Assembly: GCA_937922955.1 (NCBI GenBank)
Contig: CALAKO010000180.1
Coordinates: forward strand, 2,232 to 26,231
Direction of reading: 5' to 3'
DNA from: an uncultured Peptococcaceae bacterium
GTDB lineage: Bacteria > Bacillota > Peptococcia > Peptococcales > Peptococcaceae
DNA length: 24,000 nucleotides
Shown one piece after another: positions 8,237-15,511 of this stretch. The notes under the pieces were generated by a model, which saw only the letters and a list, made by a program, of their open reading frames with translations, searched no databases and was not told the DNA's origin. The position numbers were made by a program, and so were the translations under genes. Every line of letters begins with the position of its first letter. The first letter of the stretch is position 1.

Positions 8237-10828
8237 ATGACGAAAAGCTTACTAAAGTCGTCTCTGCGCGAGATCAAGTCAAGCTTTGGACGCTACATCG
8301 CTATTTTGGGCATTGTGGCGTTGGGGGTTGGCTTTTTCTCAGGGCTGATGGTCAGCGAAGAGGCGATGTTGAAAACAGGCGACACGTATCTAAATGAGCA
8401 GAATTTCTACGATTTTCGGCTAATGTCGACGTTGGGCTTTGACGACGACGACGTGACGGCGCTGCGCGATGCGTCAGGTGTGACGGCGGCGGATGGAGCC
8501 TATCAGGTGGATGCACTGGTGAATGATGGCGGCGATGAAGAAAAAGTTGGCCGTTTTCATTCCATTACAGCGGACGTTAATAAATTGGCTCTGAAGGAAG
8601 GTCGCCTGCCAGAAAATGATAACGAGTGTGTCGTGGATTCGTCGTTTTATGCTGGCAGCAGCATTGGGGACACTGTGACGGTTGTGGACAATAATGAGAA
8701 GGATACATTGGATGGGCTGTCACAGCATGAGATGAAAATTGTCGGCGTGGTGGAATCGCCTCTGTACATGCGTGTTGGCCGTTACAGCAGTGAGATTGGC
8801 TCTGGCGAAGTCGAAGCCATTTACTATGTGCCAGAAAGCGTGTTCACGTCCGAATACTACACCGAAATGTATGTAAGCGTGAATACAGAAGGTGAAATCT
8901 ACAGCGACGCATACGATGCGTCCATCGATGATGCGGAGCCAACCATCACCAAGGCGGCGGAAGACAGCGTTGATGGTCGTTATCAGGAGATTGTTAATGA
9001 GATTAATGATGGCCGAAAGCAAGCACAAGATGGTCTTGATCAAGCCAATACAGCATTAGAGACGGCGAAGAAGGCAGGAGCAGGCGAGGAAACCATTGCA
9101 AAGATCCAAGCTCAAGCCGATGAAGCGCAGAAAACTCTGGATGAGTTGACCGTGCCGGAAGAACCGGAGCTGTATGTGCTGACCCGCGACGAAGATGTGG
9201 GCTTCCAGTTCTTCAAGAGCGATTCCTCCATCGTTAGTTCGATCGCTAAAGTGTTCCCGATCTTCTTCTTCCTGGTGGCTGCTCTCGTTTGTGTCACAAC
9301 GATGACGCGTATGATGAATGAGCAGCGCACGCAGATTGGTGTGCTCAAGTCGATGGGTTATGGCAATCGCAGTGTGATCATGAAATACATGATGTATTCC
9401 GGCAGCTCGGGGATTCTCGGTTGTTTGATTGGTTACTTCCTAGGTACTTGGGGCTTCCCAACCATTATCTGGAGTGCTTATCGCTATTACTACGCTTTGC
9501 CGGATCAGGTCATGTATGTGTTTAATGTGCCGCTCTTGCTGATCTCGTTGGCGGTGACCTTGCTCTGCACCATCGGCGTCACCTGGCTGTGTGGCTACAG
9601 TGCGTTGACGCAGACGGCGGCAAACCTGATTCGTCCAAAGGCGCCAAAGGCTGGCAAGCGTAATCCATTTGAACGTGTGACACCGATCTGGAAGCGCCTG
9701 TCTTTCCTGCAGAAAATCACGGTGCGCAATCTTTTCCGTTATAAGGCGCGGTTCTTTATGATGATTCTTGGCATTGGCGGCTGTACGGCGCTGATTGTGA
9801 CGGCGCTGGCTTTGCAGGACAACTTTATGGGAGTGTCCGATCAGCAGTTCAACGAAATCGATCTTTACGACGCCACGGCATCGTTTAACGAAAGCCTTAG
9901 CGAAGAAGAAATGGCGGCCTTTTTGGATACAAACGGCGAACGTATCGCCGGTGCGTTGTTCAGCTGCACCGGTAATATGGATATCTCCGCGAACGGTACC
10001 ACCCACAGTGTGTCCATGAATGCACCGATCGATAATGGTCAGCTGGAAGACTTCTTCAGCTGGCACGCCGATGATACCACTTATGGCTTGCCTGAAAATG
10101 GCGAGATTTTACTCGACCGTGGGCTGGCGGATCGACTTGGGGTAACGGCTGGCGATGAAGTGACGGTGCGTGACAGCGACATGCACGAAGCAGTGCTGAC
10201 GGTTAGCGGTGTTTACGACAACTACATTTCCAACAATGCCTACATTTCACGAGAAACGCTGGCCGATGATTTTGGCAAAACCGATGTCAACAGTGCGTAC
10301 ATTAATTTCCAGGGCGATGGCGATGCGCATGAGATGGCGGCGCAATTGATGAGCGAAGACAGCAACATCACCAATGTGTCTATTTCTCAAGACTCGATGG
10401 ACATGTTCACCGACATGCTCGACAGCCTCAATGTTATTGTCCTTGTGGTCATTCTTTGCGCTGGTGCGCTGGCGTTCATCGTTCTCTACAATCTGACGAA
10501 TATCAACATCAGTGAGCGTATTCGTGAGATTGCGACGTTGAAAGTGTTGGGTTTCTATTCTAAAGAGGCCAACGCTTATGTTTTCCGTGAGAATAACGCC
10601 CTGACTCTGATTGGTGCGTTGGTAGGGCTGGTCATTGGCAAATTCTTCCATGCGTTTGTCATGGGGCAGATTGTTGTCGATGGGCTCACGTTTGATGCGT
10701 ATGTCAGCCCACAGAATTATGGCCTGGCGTTGGTGTTGACCATTATCTTTGCTCTGATCACGCAGTTTATCATGCGTCGAAAGATCGCAAAAATTCATAT
10801 GGCGGAATCGCTGAAATCGGTTGAATAA
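8237..10828 (+). CDS. ABC transporter permease with two FtsX domains and a large extracytoplasmic/coiled-coil region (MacB-like, about 863 aa)
   Basis: N-terminus LREIKSSFGRYIAILGIVALGVGFF. Two FtsX-type 4-TM bundles (around residues 330-470 and 740-860). GGTGAGGTG SD before ATG 8237. No true overlap with the ATPase gene: only the upstream ATG (8210) of the track ORF overlaps it, while the chosen ATG 8237 lies 10 nt after its stop (8226). Confidence 0.88.
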   Translation: MTKSLLKSSLREIKSSFGRYIAILGIVALGVGFFSGLMVSEEAMLKTGDTYLNEQNFYDFRLMSTLGFDDDDVTALRDASGVTAADGAYQVDALVNDGGDEEKVGRFHSITADVNKLALKEGRLPENDNECVVDSSFYAGSSIGDTVTVVDNNEKDTLDGLSQHEMKIVGVVESPLYMRVGRYSSEIGSGEVEAIYYVPESVFTSEYYTEMYVSVNTEGEIYSDAYDASIDDAEPTITKAAEDSVDGRYQEIVNEINDGRKQAQDGLDQANTALETAKKAGAGEETIAKIQAQADEAQKTLDELTVPEEPELYVLTRDEDVGFQFFKSDSSIVSSIAKVFPIFFFLVAALVCVTTMTRMMNEQRTQIGVLKSMGYGNRSVIMKYMMYSGSSGILGCLIGYFLGTWGFPTIIWSAYRYYYALPDQVMYVFNVPLLLISLAVTLLCTIGVTWLCGYSALTQTAANLIRPKAPKAGKRNPFERVTPIWKRLSFLQKITVRNLFRYKARFFMMILGIGGCTALIVTALALQDNFMGVSDQQFNEIDLYDATASFNESLSEEEMAAFLDTNGERIAGALFSCTGNMDISANGTTHSVSMNAPIDNGQLEDFFSWHADDTTYGLPENGEILLDRGLADRLGVTAGDEVTVRDSDMHEAVLTVSGVYDNYISNNAYISRETLADDFGKTDVNSAYINFQGDGDAHEMAAQLMSEDSNITNVSISQDSMDMFTDMLDSLNVIVLVVILCAGALAFIVLYNLTNINISERIREIATLKVLGFYSKEANAYVFRENNALTLIGALVGLVIGKFFHAFVMGQIVVDGLTFDAYVSPQNYGLALVLTIIFALITQFIMRRKIAKIHMAESLKSVE

Positions 10829-10835
10829 TACCTGT

Positions 10836-10866
10836 CCCCATTCGCCTGCGCGGATGGGGCGTTTTT
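10836..10866 (+). terminator. Terminator of the ABC exporter operon
   Basis: CCCCATTCG-cctg-CGGATGGGG (9-bp stem, one G-U pair) followed by cGTTTTT. Confidence 0.75.
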
Positions 10867-10874
10867 GTTATAAT
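10866..10874 (+). promoter_or_regulatory. Candidate extended -10 promoter (TGTTATAAT) for the Sir2-family gene
   Basis: TGTTATAAT directly abuts the preceding terminator T-tract, about 40 nt upstream of the ATG at 10913. Confidence 0.45.
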
Positions 10875-10912
10875 GAAGCCAACGATATTATGTATGAGAA
10901 GGAGGTTGTGCT

Positions 10913-11767
10913 ATGGAGGCGATCCATGAACTTTACGACGCATTGTGCAGCTGTGAATATGTGTTGGTGGGAGCAGGCGCAGGCTTGTCGGCGGCAGCTG
11001 GCATTAGTTTTGCCAATGAGGAGGTTTTTCGACGCGATTATCCGGCGCTTTGGGCGCAAGGTGTGCACAGCGACTATCAGACCTTCAGCTATAAGGGGTG
11101 GCTGCCGGGCCAGCGCTGGGGGTATCTGGCTCGGCACATCAAGGAGGTACTCTTGGACACACCGGCACTGCCGCTTTACAGTGATTTGAAAGATCTTTTA
11201 GAGGGCCTGAATTATTTTGTCATCACGTCCAACGTAGACCATCAATTTTTCAAGGCGAACTTTCCTGAAGAGCGTGTCTTTGAAGCTCAGGGGCACTACG
11301 GGCTGATGGTGTGCAGCGCTGGCTGCGCAGGCGACGAGTGGGACATTGCACCGCTGATCGAGCGCACGCTGCCGCATATCGCTGACGATCTTACTGTTGC
11401 CGAAGAGTGGCTGCCGCGTTGTCCGCACTGCGGTGCGTTGCTGCGCCCGGCCTTTCGCGACACCTGCGCTCACGCTGAGGGCGACCGACGCTACCACGAT
11501 TTTCTCGCTGCCAGCGAGGACGCCAGCATTGCCATCGTCGAGTTCGGTGTGGGATTCAACAGCGCTGGCGTCATCCGCGTGCCGTTTGAGCGCATCACTG
11601 GCGAGCGTGATAAGGCGCGATTCTTCCGCGTGACGGTGGACTATGTTGACAGTGACATCGAGATCGCCTATCCGGAGATTCCCAAGCCCATCGCCGACAA
11701 ATCGCGTTCCATCAATCGCGATGCCGCTGAGGTGATTCGTGAACTGCTGGCGATGAAACGGCAGTAA
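10913..11767 (+). CDS. Sir2-family NAD-dependent enzyme, class-M (SirTM)-like
   Basis: 284 aa. NAD-binding GAGAGLSAAAGI, TSNVDHQF, EAQGHYG in place of the classical E-x-H-G, four Cys (CSAGC ... CPHC) for the Zn module, GVGFNSAGVIRVPF. AGGAGG SD. Confidence 0.8.
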   Translation: MEAIHELYDALCSCEYVLVGAGAGLSAAAGISFANEEVFRRDYPALWAQGVHSDYQTFSYKGWLPGQRWGYLARHIKEVLLDTPALPLYSDLKDLLEGLNYFVITSNVDHQFFKANFPEERVFEAQGHYGLMVCSAGCAGDEWDIAPLIERTLPHIADDLTVAEEWLPRCPHCGALLRPAFRDTCAHAEGDRRYHDFLAASEDASIAIVEFGVGFNSAGVIRVPFERITGERDKARFFRVTVDYVDSDIEIAYPEIPKPIADKSRSINRDAAEVIRELLAMKRQ

Positions 11768-11777
11768 AAATAATCGT

Positions 11778-11809
11778 GCCAAGTTCTTTGCGGACTTGGC
11801 GATTTTTTT
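11778..11809 (+). terminator. Terminator of the Sir2-family gene
   Basis: GCCAAGT-tctttgcgg-ACTTGGC followed by gaTTTTTTT. Confidence 0.75.
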
Positions 11810-11840
11810 GCAATATTTTTGCATTTTGCAGGGGATTGGA

Positions 11841-11869
11841 TTGACAGACGCCGCCTTTCATGATAAGTT
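11841..11869 (+). promoter_or_regulatory. Candidate promoter of the GRE operon (TTGACA-17-TAAGTT)
   Basis: Perfect -35 TTGACA at 11841-11846, 17-nt spacer, TAAGTT at 11864-11869, about 65 nt before the ATG at 11934. Confidence 0.45.
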
Positions 11870-11933
11870 TTAGTATAGATTGATACAGTTTGCACCGAAA
11901 ATGGTGCTGTTATAGAATAGAGAGGTGTGCGCA

Positions 11934-14303
11934 ATGGTAACAGAACGCATTGAAAAAATCAGACAACACTACGTAAACGCGAAACCGTCGATTTCCACGG
12001 AGCGCGCCTGGCTGTGGACCGAGTCTCATAAGCGGACAGAGGGGCTGCCGGTGTGCATCCAGCGGGCGCAGGCATTTTATGACTGCTGCGACCAACTGAC
12101 GGTGCATATTTTTGAGGGAGAACTCATCGTTGGTGCCATCGGCGAGCATCGCAAATGCGGCATTCTGACACCGGAATTTTCCTGGCTTTGGGTGGACAAG
12201 GAAATGGACACCTTCTCCGACCGTCCGCAGGACCCCTACGAAATGACCGATGAGCAGCGCGCCTTCATGCGCGAAAAAGTTTTTCCATATTGGAAGAACA
12301 AGTCCCTCGAAGAAGCCTTCCTCAAGCGCGTGCCCGCCGACACCAAAAAAATTGGCGTCGACACTGGTATTCTTGACAACGATTCGAAATGGCGCCAGGC
12401 TGTTGGTGAAATCACGCCAGACTACCAGGATGTGCTCTTTAAGAAGGGTTTTGGCGGCCTTATCCGCGAAGCTGAGGAGCACATTGCTCAGCTCGACATG
12501 ACCGACCCAGAAGACGAAGACAAGCGTGATTTCTATGAATCCACGCTGCTGACCTCTCACGGCATCATCCGTTATGCCAACCGTTACGCTGACGCTGCCG
12601 AGGCCATGGCCGAGCAGGAGAGCGACCCAGCGCGCGCCGCAGAGCTGCGTCTCATCGCCCAGAACTGCCGCCGTGTGCCAGAGCATCCACCGCAATCCTT
12701 CTATGAAGCGCTGCAGTTTATTTGGTTCGTGCAGATCGGCGGCATTCTCTCGGAAAATCCGCTGTCCCTGAATCCTGGCCGCTTCGACCAGTACATGGAC
12801 CCCTACTACGAAGCCGATCTTGCCAAAGGCGTCATCACGCCGGAAGCCGCCCAGGAATTGATCGATGCTCTCTGGCTCAAATATTCTGAATGGGTCTGGA
12901 CCATTTCCTCCAACACCGCTGACTACTTTGCCGGTTACAACCAGTTCCAGAACCTTACCGTTGGTGGCAAAAAACGCGACGGCTCTGACGGCACCAACCC
13001 AATCACCTACATGGCGCTCAAAGCCACCGAAGAAGTCAAGAGTCACCAGCCTGGGTTATCCGTGCGCGTGCAGGCCGATTGTCCGAAGGAATTTCTCGAT
13101 GCCGTCTGTCACCTGGTCAGCAAGGGTACCGGCTTCCCAGCGATCCACAGCGACGCCGTGGGCTACCAGATGCTTTTGAACGCCGGCTATGAACCGGACG
13201 ACGCCCGCGACTGGAACAACTGCGGCTGCGTCGTGCCGCACTTCCGCAAAACCGGCGAATGGACCGCCGCCGTCAACATGAACTTCGGTTCGGCGCTGGA
13301 ATACGCCCTCAATCAGGGCAAATCCCTTATGACTGGCGAGCAGATGGGGCTGGACGAAAAGCCAGCAGCAGAAATGACCAGCTATGAAGAAGTGAAAGAC
13401 GCTTTCTACAAGCAGTTCGACAATCTCTGCCGCCACTCCATCATTCTGACCATCGAAGCTCAGCGCCTGCATAAGGAAATGGTGCCGCGTCCATTCCTGT
13501 CCTCCTGCATTGAGCACTGCATGGAAAGCGGCAAGGATCTTTCTCAGGGCGGCGCCAAGTACAACGTTGGTCCGGTCATCACTGGCATTGGTCTGGCTGT
13601 CGTCGCCAATTCCCTGGCGGCCGTGAAGAAGCTCGTTTTTGAAGACAAAGTCTGCGACATGGCCACCCTCGCCAAAGCTCTGCAGGCCAACTGGGAAGGC
13701 TACGACGAGCTCCGCGCTCAGGCGCAGGCCTGCCCAAAATACGGCAACGACGACCGCTATGTCGACGACATCGCCATCGAAATCGCCAACCATTACTACC
13801 ACGAAATCCATCAATATAAAGACATCTTCGGTTCCCCGTTCAACACCGCCTTCATGGGCATCTCCAACTACATCCCAATGGGCCGCGTCCTCGGCGCAAC
13901 GCCGTGTGGCCGCAAGAACGGCGAACCATCCAGCGAAGGCGTGTCCCCATTTGTCGGCACCGACACGTCCACACCGCTGGCTGCCATGCGCTCCGCCGCT
14001 AAACTTAATCAGGAAATCCATTCTGGCGGCACGCTGCTGAACCTGCGCCTTGACCACAATCTCGTTGCCACCAAGCGCGGCCAGTCCAATCTTGGCGCCA
14101 TGATTCAGACGCTGTTCTCGCTGGGCGCCTTCCATGTCCAGTTCAACTGCATTTCTTCCGATGTGCTGCGTGACGCGCAGGCTCATCCGGAAAATTACAA
14201 AGACCTGCTCGTGCGTGTGGCCGGGTATTCGACCCAATTCGTCAACCTGTCCAAATCCATGCAGGACGCCATCATTGCACGCACCGAGCACGCAGCATTC
14301 TAA
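11934..14303 (+). CDS. Glycyl radical enzyme, PFL2 (pyruvate formate-lyase-like) family, substrate unknown
   Basis: 789 aa from ATG 11934 (GAGAGG SD 9 nt upstream; the track ORF starts at GTG 11925). C-terminal glycyl-radical fingerprint LLVRVAGYSTQFVNLSKSMQDAIIARTEH. Cys loop DARDWNNCGCVVPH. Overall collinear with HypD/CutC-type GREs. Confidence 0.93.
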   Translation: MVTERIEKIRQHYVNAKPSISTERAWLWTESHKRTEGLPVCIQRAQAFYDCCDQLTVHIFEGELIVGAIGEHRKCGILTPEFSWLWVDKEMDTFSDRPQDPYEMTDEQRAFMREKVFPYWKNKSLEEAFLKRVPADTKKIGVDTGILDNDSKWRQAVGEITPDYQDVLFKKGFGGLIREAEEHIAQLDMTDPEDEDKRDFYESTLLTSHGIIRYANRYADAAEAMAEQESDPARAAELRLIAQNCRRVPEHPPQSFYEALQFIWFVQIGGILSENPLSLNPGRFDQYMDPYYEADLAKGVITPEAAQELIDALWLKYSEWVWTISSNTADYFAGYNQFQNLTVGGKKRDGSDGTNPITYMALKATEEVKSHQPGLSVRVQADCPKEFLDAVCHLVSKGTGFPAIHSDAVGYQMLLNAGYEPDDARDWNNCGCVVPHFRKTGEWTAAVNMNFGSALEYALNQGKSLMTGEQMGLDEKPAAEMTSYEEVKDAFYKQFDNLCRHSIILTIEAQRLHKEMVPRPFLSSCIEHCMESGKDLSQGGAKYNVGPVITGIGLAVVANSLAAVKKLVFEDKVCDMATLAKALQANWEGYDELRAQAQACPKYGNDDRYVDDIAIEIANHYYHEIHQYKDIFGSPFNTAFMGISNYIPMGRVLGATPCGRKNGEPSSEGVSPFVGTDTSTPLAAMRSAAKLNQEIHSGGTLLNLRLDHNLVATKRGQSNLGAMIQTLFSLGAFHVQFNCISSDVLRDAQAHPENYKDLLVRVAGYSTQFVNLSKSMQDAIIARTEHAAF

Positions 14304-14324
14304 GTTCAACAACAGCAAAGGAGG

Positions 14325-14354
14325 AGGCGGGAGCCGAAGGGTTCCCGCCGTTTT
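14325..14354 (+). terminator. Intercistronic hairpin / partial terminator between GRE and activase
   Basis: GGCGGGAGCC-gaagg-GGGTTCCCGCC (10 bp, one G-U pair) followed by gTTTT. Confidence 0.55.
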
Positions 14355-14372
14355 ACTATGGGCGGATACATC

Positions 14373-15098
14373 ATGCAACTGCAACATTTCTCGGTCAACG
14401 ATGGCGAAGGCATTCGCACCATTGTTTTCATGGCGGGGTGCCCGCTGCGCTGTGCCTGGTGCGCCAATCCCGAAGGCCAAACCCAGCGCAACGCCCTCAC
14501 CCACTGGGCCGACACCGACGACATCCTCGCGGAGCTGCGTCACCAGGCGATTTTCTTTCGTCACTCCGGCGGTGGGGTGACCTTTTCCGGTGGTGAAGCT
14601 ACGGCTCAGCCGGACTTTCTGAAAGAGATGGTCGATGCCCTTTATGATGAAGGCTTTTCCTTGGCCATTGAAACCTGCGGTTATTTTGACTACGAGCGCC
14701 TGGCGCCGACTTTGCGTAAGATGGACACCATCTTCATTGACATCAAACATCCCGACGCCGACGCCCACCGCTGTTTCACTGGCGTGGACAATGTCCGCAT
14801 TCTCGATAACATCGTGCGCGCCGACCGCGACGGCCTGCCACTGGTGGTGCGCATTCCAACCATCCTTGGCGTCAACGCCGATGACGAAACAATGAAGCAG
14901 GTCTTCGATTTCTTCGTGAAAAACGATCTGCACGCCAAGCTGGAATTTCTGCCCTACCATCGTTATGGTGAGTCTAAGTACGAACAGCTCGGCCTCGCCC
15001 TGCCGGACGCCGCCTTTGCCACGCCAAGCCAGGAACAGCTCGACCACTGGCAGGCCATGGCCGAAGCCTGTGGCATCGAGGTGGTCAGCTATAAGTGA
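14373..15098 (+). CDS. Glycyl-radical enzyme activating enzyme (radical SAM, short PflA-like form)
   Basis: MQLQHFSVNDGEGIRTIVFMAGCPLRCAWCANPEG (CX3CX2C), then GGVTFSGGEA (SAM-binding GGE). 241 aa from ATG 14373, or 246 aa from ATG 14358. Confidence 0.9.
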   Translation: MQLQHFSVNDGEGIRTIVFMAGCPLRCAWCANPEGQTQRNALTHWADTDDILAELRHQAIFFRHSGGGVTFSGGEATAQPDFLKEMVDALYDEGFSLAIETCGYFDYERLAPTLRKMDTIFIDIKHPDADAHRCFTGVDNVRILDNIVRADRDGLPLVVRIPTILGVNADDETMKQVFDFFVKNDLHAKLEFLPYHRYGESKYEQLGLALPDAAFATPSQEQLDHWQAMAEACGIEVVSYK

Positions 15099-15113
15099 CG
15101 CGATAGAAAAAAG

Positions 15114-15144
15114 CGCCGCTGCATCCACAATGGATGCAGCGGCG
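15114..15144 (+). terminator. Terminator of the GRE-activase operon
   Basis: CGCCGCTGCATCC-acaat-GGATGCAGCGGCG perfect 13-bp stem with a weak U-rich tail (tgtacttgtattgt). Confidence 0.55.
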
Positions 15145-15149
15145 TGTAC

Positions 15150-15178
15150 TTGTATTGTAATGTGGTTTGCGTTACAAT
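15150..15178 (+). promoter_or_regulatory. Toxin-antitoxin promoter TTGTAT-17-TACAAT with overlapping operator dyad ATTGTAA-N11-TTACAAT
   Basis: -35 at 15150-15155, -10 at 15173-15178. The perfect 7-bp inverted repeat at 15154-15160 / 15172-15178 spans both elements, as expected for autoregulation by the antitoxin. Confidence 0.6.
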
Positions 15179-15208
15179 TATGGAAAGATGACAAAGGAGT
15201 GATTGACC

Positions 15209-15511
15209 ATGGAAAAAACAGCTACTTTGAATCTGCGTGTCAGTCCGCAAGTAAAGGCAGATGCGGAAAAAGTGTTATCGCGTTTGGGTATCCCTATGTC
15301 GACGGCTATAAACATGTATCTTAACCAGATTGCTCTTACTGGGGGCATTCCCTTTCCTGTAATGATACCGACGGCGCCGCCAACGGTCAATGCCGATCTT
15401 ATGGATGATGTCACGCTGAACGATAAGCTCATGCGCGGCATCAATGATGTTAAAGCCGGGCGGGTGCATGATGCAGCAGAAGTATTGGCGTATGGCAGAG
15501 GAAAACGTTGA
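15209..15511 (+). CDS. RelB/DinJ family antitoxin
   Basis: MEKTATLNLRVSPQVKADAEKVLSRLGIPMSTAINMYLNQI (ribbon-helix-helix DinJ signature). AAAGGAG SD 9 nt upstream. Stop TGA overlaps the toxin ATG (TGATG). Confidence 0.88.
   Translation: MEKTATLNLRVSPQVKADAEKVLSRLGIPMSTAINMYLNQIALTGGIPFPVMIPTAPPTVNADLMDDVTLNDKLMRGINDVKAGRVHDAAEVLAYGRGKR

Noticed and set aside
7573-8277. 234-aa ORF on the minus strand
   Set aside because: It is antisense to the ABC ATPase gene, whose Walker A/B and signature motifs are on the plus strand.
11880-11895. FNR-like half-site TTGAT-acag-TTTGC upstream of the GRE
   Set aside because: Only one half matches TTGAT-N4-ATCAA. The second half (TTTGC) is not complementary.
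11889-11916. Second promoter-like pair TTTGCA-16-TATAGA just upstream of the GRE start
   Set aside because: A transcript from here would start inside or after the GAGAGG ribosome-binding site, so it is unlikely to be the functional promoter. The upstream TTGACA-17-TAAGTT is preferred.
11910-13046. 378-aa ORF on the minus strand
   Set aside because: It is antisense to the 5' half of the GRE gene, with no motifs and no RBS. Same artefact as above.
13056-15194. 712-aa ORF on the minus strand
   Set aside because: It is entirely antisense to the GRE and activase genes, whose products carry unmistakable conserved motifs. The translation is low-complexity (G/A/V/H-rich) with no recognisable domain and no SD. 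This is a typical stop-poor antisense frame of a GC-biased coding region.
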